Below, in pieces: positions 5,663 through 10,368 of a DNA stretch of 10,368 nucleotides. Position numbers and translations under genes: made by a program. Below the pieces are notes generated by a model. That model was not told where the DNA came from. It saw only the letters and a program-made list of their open reading frames with translations, and made no database searches. Origin of the DNA: a candidate division WOR-3 bacterium (GTDB taxonomy: Bacteria > Hydrothermota > Tepidihabitantia > Tepidihabitantales > Tepidihabitantaceae); assembly GCA_965648935.1 (NCBI GenBank), contig CBFGIY010000078.1:1-10368 (forward strand), in the 5' to 3' direction. Position 1 is the stretch's first letter, and every line of letters begins with the position of its first letter.

Positions 5663-8368
5663 CTAGTGGATAATGACGATGCGGCCTGCAGTCACCGTCT
5701 GGCGCGCCGCGCCCGATACCGGCCGCGCGAAGTACACGCCCGGAGGCAGCGAGGAGATGTCGCTGGCGCCGGGCCTGAGCGAGAGAACCCGGCGGCCGGA
5801 AGCGTCCAGAAGCACGAAGTCAGATGTGAGATTGAGGACCCCGCGGGCATGGCTGGCGGTGAGTTGTGAGCCGCCAGCCGCTGGCCGCGGGGTCTCCGCG
5901 ATGCCGTACGGCTCGCCGAGGTCGGCCAAGGCGCGGCGACAGAACGGGATTGCGGTCGAGTCGGTCAGGTAGTACAACGGTAACCCGAGCGTGATGGCGC
6001 GCGCCGGCAGGCCCTGGCGCAGTGCCACGGGCTTGCCGGCAAATGTGTCGCCCGAGAACGAACGGTAGCCGAGCACCGGTTCGGCAGTCGCGGGCAAGAG
6101 GCAGTCGACATAGGGCAACCGGCCGCGCAGGGCCGGCAGCAGCTTGGCCGAATCAACTGCGATGTCGGGATAACCGGCAAGTCCCGAGCCGCCGATGAAG
6201 TCGGCCCCTGCGGCCTGCTCGGCCCGCACAACGCCCAGACGGTCAAAGGCGAAACTGCCCGGCGCAAAGGTGAACGGGTAGGAGTTCGAGCCGGCAATGC
6301 CGGCGATGGGTTTCCAGCCGGAGTAGAGCAGGTGCCCGCCGTGCTCGAGGTAGTTGGCAAAACCCGGCACCGAGGGCGCGATGAGCTGCTGGGTGTAGTC
6401 GTCGGCGTGCCAGAACACGGTCGAGTAAGGCCCGAAGTCGCCCGCCCCGGGTATGCCTTCGGCCGCGGCATCCCAGTCGGTGAAGGTGTAGCCCGCAAGC
6501 AGCGCGTGGTAGAACGCGTCCTGCTGGGCGTCGCTCGGGTTGCCGGGCGCGCCCGAACCGTCGCGCGTCTCGTCAACCAGCAGGATGCCGCGCTCAAGCG
6601 TTATCGGCCGGCCCCGCACCGTGTCGGATTTCGGACTCTCGTTGCCGGTCGAGTCAACCGCGCTGACCGCGTAGACCCACAGCGATTCCGCGCCGATGCC
6701 CGAGTCGCGCCAGAGCGTGTCGGTGACCAGCGCGGAATTGAGCCGGCGCCAGCCGCCCGTGCTCGCGCGCCAGATATTGTAGCCGGCAAGGTCGAGCTCA
6801 GGGTTCGGCCGCCACCACAGCGCGTTGCCGAAGCGAAATGGCAGGAGCGCAAGCCCGTTCGGCGGCCGCGGCACCACCCCGGGCGCGGCGCTGTCTTCGG
6901 GAGCCGGGCCGCTTTCATATCCGGCCGAGTCGAGCGCGGTGACCGTGAAATGATAGCGCGTGCCCCCTGCGAGCCCGTCGACCCGGTGCGAGTTGACCCG
7001 GCCGAGCAGGACCGAGTCGGTGTAGCTGTGGGGCGCCGGGCCCCAGAGCAGCTTGTACCCGGCGAGGTCGGGCGCGGCGCTCGGCTGCCACGAGGCGAAC
7101 AGGCTCGTGCCGTTGCCGGCATCGGCCACGCGCAGTCCCTGCGGCGCGAGCGGCGCCAGCGCGAGGTGCACGAGCGTCGCGGTGGCCATCCGGCAGACAT
7201 CGGCGCCGAGCGCCGGGTCGATGTTGCCCAGCGTGTCGCCCGACGTGTGATACCACTGGTAGCCGATCGAGCCGTACTCGTAGCCCGAGGTCGCGGGATA
7301 GCCCTGCAGTTCGTACGAGCGCGCGTCCGAGGGGAAACTGCGGTAGGACAGGCTCGTCGCGAGCGGCGTGTACAGCGCGGCCATCCGCGCCTGCAACTGG
7401 CAGAGCCGGCGGGTCGGCTCGAGGCCCACGAGCCGCACTCCCCACGCCCCGCCCGGCCACGCGACCATATCGAAGTTGAGCATCGCCAGCACCTCGGCCG
7501 CGCGCGCGCGCAACCAGCGGGCGTGCGCGTCCGAGCCGAACAGGCCCTGCTCCTCGCCGGTGAAAGCGATGAAGATGACGGTCTGGTCGAGGTTCTCGGC
7601 CGCGAGCACCCGCGCCGCCTCGATCGCCATCGAGGCGCCCGAGGCATTGTCCTCGGCGCCCGGGGCCAGGGTTTCGGGACACTCCGATATCGCGTCGATG
7701 TGCCCGCCGATGACCAGCAGCTTGTCCGGGTTGCGCCGGCCGACTTTCGTCGCGATGACATTGTGCCAGGTGTCGGCGCCGCGCGGGTAGGCCTGCAGGT
7801 ACACCGAGTCGTAGCCGAGCGAGCGGAAGTAAGCCGCCAGTTGCCGCTCGGCCGAGCGGCAGGAATCGGCCGGCGACCAGCGCGTGCGCACCGCGCAGAG
7901 CCGGGCGATGTGCGCGCGCACCGAGTCGGCGCTGATGCGGCCGATGATGCGCTGGATGGCCGTGTCGGGCCGGTCGGGCAGGGTCGCGGAGAACCGCGCG
8001 GGCCGGGCAAGCGGGAACGGCGTGGGCAGAGGGCAGTGGCGGAATCCGAATGACGAATGGCGCAGTGAGGACAGCGGAACGAGGGCGACGCTATCTTCAT
8101 GCACCAGCGCGCCGGGCAGGGCCTTGCCGGAATGCCAGACCAGGCAAAGTGATTCGGCCGCAGCGAGCGGGGCGAAGGCGATGCCGGCGCGTTCAAGCGC
8201 GGCGCGGGACTCGGGCGAGTCAACCAGCAACAGGGACGCATCGGTCCGGCCGACGCTCATCACGCCCGGCCCGGCCAGCAGCTCGGCCGCGCGGCATTCC
8301 GGGTCAGGCACCACGAGCAGTTGCGGGGACGCGGCAGCGAGGGCGGCGAGCAGGATGACAATCGGCAT
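5663..8368 (-). CDS. Secreted M28 family zinc aminopeptidase with two FN3 domains, an alpha/beta domain and a short T9SS type A-like C-terminal domain
   Basis: 901 aa. M28 metal-ligand and catalytic motifs GGHID, PGAEDNASG, GEEQGLFGS, NFDM, SD, YHT. Two FN3-like units (W..S..PDLAGYKL...YHFTVTALDSAGYES; W.PNPELDLAGYNIWR...YAVSAVDSTGNES). C-terminus GIAE...LLDASGRRVLSLRPGASDISSLPPGVYF...RIVIIH. An in-frame TGA at 8401-8399 rules out an upstream start. Confidence 0.93.
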   Translation of the reverse strand: MPIVILLAALAAASPQLLVVPDPECRAAELLAGPGVMSVGRTDASLLLVDSPESRAALERAGIAFAPLAAAESLCLVWHSGKALPGALVHEDSVALVPLSSLRHSSFGFRHCPLPTPFPLARPARFSATLPDRPDTAIQRIIGRISADSVRAHIARLCAVRTRWSPADSCRSAERQLAAYFRSLGYDSVYLQAYPRGADTWHNVIATKVGRRNPDKLLVIGGHIDAISECPETLAPGAEDNASGASMAIEAARVLAAENLDQTVIFIAFTGEEQGLFGSDAHARWLRARAAEVLAMLNFDMVAWPGGAWGVRLVGLEPTRRLCQLQARMAALYTPLATSLSYRSFPSDARSYELQGYPATSGYEYGSIGYQWYHTSGDTLGNIDPALGADVCRMATATLVHLALAPLAPQGLRVADAGNGTSLFASWQPSAAPDLAGYKLLWGPAPHSYTDSVLLGRVNSHRVDGLAGGTRYHFTVTALDSAGYESGPAPEDSAAPGVVPRPPNGLALLPFRFGNALWWRPNPELDLAGYNIWRASTGGWRRLNSALVTDTLWRDSGIGAESLWVYAVSAVDSTGNESPKSDTVRGRPITLERGILLVDETRDGSGAPGNPSDAQQDAFYHALLAGYTFTDWDAAAEGIPGAGDFGPYSTVFWHADDYTQQLIAPSVPGFANYLEHGGHLLYSGWKPIAGIAGSNSYPFTFAPGSFAFDRLGVVRAEQAAGADFIGGSGLAGYPDIAVDSAKLLPALRGRLPYVDCLLPATAEPVLGYRSFSGDTFAGKPVALRQGLPARAITLGLPLYYLTDSTAIPFCRRALADLGEPYGIAETPRPAAGGSQLTASHARGVLNLTSDFVLLDASGRRVLSLRPGASDISSLPPGVYFARPVSGAARQTVTAGRIVIIH
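5852..5886 (-). repeat. Degenerate 7-bp tandem repeat in the M28 C-terminal domain linker
   Basis: Minus strand reads GGCCAGC GGCTGGC GGCTCAC AACTCAC CGCCAGC. Confidence 0.55.
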
Positions 8369-8373
8369 GGTCG

Positions 8374-8402
8374 AGTTTCGGCCCGGTGCGAGCCGGTGTC
8401 AA
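8374..8402 (-). promoter_or_regulatory. sigma70-like promoter TTGACA-N17-GAAACT for the M28 gene (leaderless)
   Basis: tgtcaa at 8397-8402 and agtttc at 8374-8379 on the + strand. ATG at 8368 lies 5 nt past the -10, with no SD. The -10 is a weak match. Confidence 0.55.
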
Positions 8403-8415
8403 GCAGGCGACCACG

Positions 8416-8443
8416 TTGACCGGACGGATGCCGACGCTAGGAT
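8416..8443 (+). promoter_or_regulatory. sigma70-like promoter TTGACC-N16-TAGGAT for the SDR gene (back-to-back with the M28 promoter)
   Basis: TTGACC at 8416-8421 and TAGGAT at 8438-8443. ATG at 8456 is 12 nt downstream. Confidence 0.7.
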
Positions 8444-8455
8444 GGGTCGCTGGAT

Positions 8456-9313
8456 ATGACTCGCTCAGGTGTCGGCAAGACCGCCCTGGTGACCGGCGCC
8501 ACGTCAGGCATCGGCCTCGCCGCGGCGCGGGCCTTGGCTGATGCCGGCTGCCGCGTCGTGGTGCTGAGCCGCAACCCGGCCAGATGCGCGGCGGTCGCGC
8601 TCGAACTGCGCGAGGCGACCGGCAACGAATCGGTTCACGCCCTGCCCGCTGACCTCGGGTCGCTTGAGTCGGTGCGCGCGGCCGCGGACGGGTTCCTGCG
8701 CCAGCACGAACGGCTGGACATCCTGCTCAACAACGCCGGCGTGTCGCCGAGCCAGCGCCGCCTGACCGCGGACGGGTTCGAGCGTGCGTTCGGCGTCAAT
8801 CACCTCGGCCACTTCCTGCTCACCGGCCTGCTGCTGGAACGGCTCACGGCGTCGGCGCCGGCCCGCATCGTCAACGTGTCGTCGAATATCTACAGGCAGG
8901 CCAGGCTTGAGTTCGACAACCTGCAGCTCGAGCGCGGCTTCTCGGCGATGCGCGCCTACGCGAACTCCAAGCTCGCGAACCTGCTCTTCACGGCACAACT
9001 CGCGCGGCGCCTTGCCGGCACCGGCGTGACCGCCAACGCGATGACGCCGGGAATGGTGAAGACAAACATCGGGCAGGAAGAGGGCTGGCTCTACGCGTTC
9101 GCCAAGCGGCTGGCAGACGCCTTCGGCGCAAAGACGCCGCAGCAGGGCGCGGACACGCTCGTCTGGCTCGCGACCGCGCCCGAGCTGGCCGGCGTGAGCG
9201 GCAGGTACTTCCAGGACCGCCGCGAACTGCCGCTCGGGGAGGCGGCCCGCGACCCTGAACTGGCCGCGCGGCTCTGGCAGGCGAGCGCGGACCTGGTCGG
9301 CATCAAGACTTGA
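8456..9313 (+). CDS. SDR family NAD(P)-dependent oxidoreductase (retinol dehydrogenase/WWOX-like classical SDR)
   Basis: 285 aa with ALVTGATSGIG, DILLNNAG, VNHLGHFLLT, RIVNVSS, catalytic YANSK (YxxxK), TPG.VKT, GA.T.VWLA..PE...VSGRYF. Confidence 0.95.
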   Translation: MTRSGVGKTALVTGATSGIGLAAARALADAGCRVVVLSRNPARCAAVALELREATGNESVHALPADLGSLESVRAAADGFLRQHERLDILLNNAGVSPSQRRLTADGFERAFGVNHLGHFLLTGLLLERLTASAPARIVNVSSNIYRQARLEFDNLQLERGFSAMRAYANSKLANLLFTAQLARRLAGTGVTANAMTPGMVKTNIGQEEGWLYAFAKRLADAFGAKTPQQGADTLVWLATAPELAGVSGRYFQDRRELPLGEAARDPELAARLWQASADLVGIKT

Positions 9314-9337
9314 CGGCCGCGCGCCGGACGCTATAAT
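9310..9337 (+). promoter_or_regulatory. Strong sigma70-like promoter TTGACG-N16-TATAAT for the RRM gene
   Basis: TTGACG at 9310-9315 contains the SDR stop TGA (9311-9313). Perfect TATAAT at 9332-9337. Confidence 0.85.
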
Positions 9338-9343
9338 TACCTG

Positions 9344-9499
9344 TTCGGAGGATAAGGACCTCTCTTCCCGACATAAACCAACGCAGGTCCGTTGCAGAAG
9401 CTTGAGTTCGTGCCTGGTTCGTGACCGGTTCGCGTCCGGATGACCCGACCGTTGCTCGACCACCGCATCCCAAGCTTACAACCCATCGGAGGTATTCTG
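9344..9499 (+). promoter_or_regulatory. Long structured 5' UTR of the RRM gene (candidate cis-regulatory RNA)
   Basis: About 155 nt between the predicted TSS and ATG 9500. Hand-folded long imperfect hairpin at 9391-9482 and a 5' hairpin at 9345-9371. Confidence 0.55.
9488..9493 (+). promoter_or_regulatory. Shine-Dalgarno GGAGGT for the RRM gene
   Basis: GGAGGT 6 nt upstream of ATG 9500. Confidence 0.85.
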
Positions 9500-9778
9500 A
9501 TGAGTCAGCGCATATTCGTGGGGAATCTTCCCTTCAGCGCTACCGACGAGCAGCTCAACGAGCTGTTCAGCAAGCACGGCGCCGTCAAGTCGGCCGAAGT
9601 AGTCAAGGACCGCTATTCCCAGCGTTCCCGCGGCTTCGGTTTCGTCGAGATGGAGTCGGCCGAGGCGGCCGCTGCCGCCATCGCCGCGCTCAACAACCAG
9701 CCCATGGACGGCCGTCCCCTGACGGTCAGCCAGGCCAAGCCCCGCGCCGAGGGCTCCGGTTTCGGCAACCGCTGGTAG
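9500..9778 (+). CDS. RNA recognition motif (RRM/RNP-1) RNA-binding protein, 92 aa
   Basis: MSQRIFVGNLPF (RNP2) and RSRGFGFVEM (RNP1), AIAALN...DGRPLTVSQAKPR, short Gly-rich tail ending in RW. Start moved from the ORF-track 9440 to 9500 based on the SD and the domain boundary. Confidence 0.95.
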   Translation: MSQRIFVGNLPFSATDEQLNELFSKHGAVKSAEVVKDRYSQRSRGFGFVEMESAEAAAAAIAALNNQPMDGRPLTVSQAKPRAEGSGFGNRW

Positions 9779-9794
9779 CGATTGCGCAAATGCT

Positions 9795-9829
9795 CCGGGC
9801 GGCGAACTTTCGCCGCCCGGGCTCTTTTT
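9795..9829 (+). terminator. Intrinsic terminator after the RRM gene
   Basis: 11-bp stem CCGGGCGGCGA (9795-9805), loop ACTT, TCGCCGCCCGG (9810-9820), followed by GCTCTTTTT. Confidence 0.85.
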
Positions 9830-9855
9830 GACGGGAGCCTGCCAGCGCTTACAAT
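9828..9855 (+). promoter_or_regulatory. sigma70-like promoter TTGACG-N16-TACAAT for the C-GCAxxG-C-C gene (leaderless)
   Basis: TTGACG at 9828-9833 overlaps the terminator T-tract. TACAAT at 9850-9855, in-frame GTG at 9863 seven nt later. Confidence 0.8.
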
Positions 9856-9862
9856 CCCGCGC

Positions 9863-10357
9863 GTGACCAAGCCATTCAGACGGCTGCATACTGAGCGGCA
9901 GGACGGCTGCGCGCCGGCGCCGGCCGAGGCGGCCGCGCGGCGCGCAACCCGGCTGTTCGGCGCCGGATTCTCCTGCGCCGAGAGCGTGCTGGCCGCGGCC
10001 TGCCAGACCTGGCGCGTGCGCTCGCGACTGGTGCCGCGCATCGCCACCGGCTTCGGCAGCGGCATCAGCCGGCAGGGACTGCTCTGCGGCGCGCTCTCCG
10101 GCGCGATAATGGCGCTGGGCGTGAAGTGCGGCCGGTCCCGGCCCGATGCCGGCCGCGCTGCCTGCTATCGGCGGGTGCGGCTCCTGCTCAAGCGCTTCGA
10201 GCGCGAGTTCGACAGCACGGCCTGCCAGACGCTGACCGGGTGCCGGATGAGCTCGGCGCGGGACCGCGCAAGGGCGACGCGGCAGGGCGTGTTCCGGACG
10301 CTCTGCCCGCGGCTGGTGGCCTGGGCCGCGGCCGAGTGCGTCCGGCTCGCGCAGTAG
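9863..10357 (+). CDS. C-GCAxxG-C-C family putative redox-active protein (164 aa)
   Basis: FSCAESVL, ATGFGSGISRQGLLCGALSG, FEREFDSTACQTLTG, CPRLV give the four-Cys pattern of this family. Start reassigned from TTG 9782, which would run through the terminator and promoter, to GTG 9863. Confidence 0.85.
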   Translation: MTKPFRRLHTERQDGCAPAPAEAAARRATRLFGAGFSCAESVLAAACQTWRVRSRLVPRIATGFGSGISRQGLLCGALSGAIMALGVKCGRSRPDAGRAACYRRVRLLLKRFEREFDSTACQTLTGCRMSSARDRARATRQGVFRTLCPRLVAWAAAECVRLAQ

Positions 10358-10368
10358 CGTCCCGAGGA

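Noticed and set aside
5519..5869. 116-aa + strand ORF and a + strand TTGACA at 5519-5524
   Set aside because: No -10 at 16-18 bp spacing, the ORF overlaps the M28 3' end in antisense, and it has no motifs.
6332..8241. 573-aa (+) and 546-aa (-) ORFs overlapping the M28 gene
   Set aside because: Alternative-frame shadows with low-complexity Arg/Pro/Ala composition and no recognisable domain or initiation signal.
8504..9463. 319-aa antisense ORF over the SDR gene
   Set aside because: Antisense shadow of a GC-rich gene; the SDR motifs are on the + strand.
9440..9499. N-terminal extension of the RRM ORF from ATG 9440
   Set aside because: No SD at 9440. ATG 9500 has GGAGGT at good spacing and coincides with the RRM domain start.
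9782..9862. N-terminal extension of the C-GCAxxG-C-C ORF from TTG 9782
   Set aside because: It would cross the RRM terminator and the gene's own promoter; GTG 9863 fits better.
2716..10357. Five of six genes end in TAG, suggesting possible stop-codon recoding
   Set aside because: Each TAG falls at the natural domain end, often next to a terminator or promoter, and no gene has an internal stop. The sample is too small to mean more than codon preference.

Overview
GC-rich bacterial window with six well-supported genes. Three are large secreted proteins: an 880-aa protein with 14 repeats (probably a double beta-propeller, + strand), a 905-aa KP-43-like S8 serine protease (- strand) and a 901-aa M28 metallo-aminopeptidase with FN3 domains (- strand). 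All three end in a T9SS/FlgD-type C-terminal sorting-like domain, and two share a short variant of it. These are followed on the + strand by an SDR oxidoreductase, a single-RRM RNA-binding protein and a C-GCAxxG-C-C family protein. The C-terminal domain style suggests a non-Bacteroidota FCB-related lineage such as candidate division WOR-3 (inference only). Every gene has its own sigma70-like promoter; four have 16-bp spacers and four genes appear leaderless or nearly so. The most interesting signals are a ~155-nt structured leader before the RRM gene, the shared short sorting domain with degenerate in-frame 7-bp repeats in its linkers, and an identical 14-nt motif at two promoters. No mobile element, CRISPR array, tRNA or rRNA was seen.
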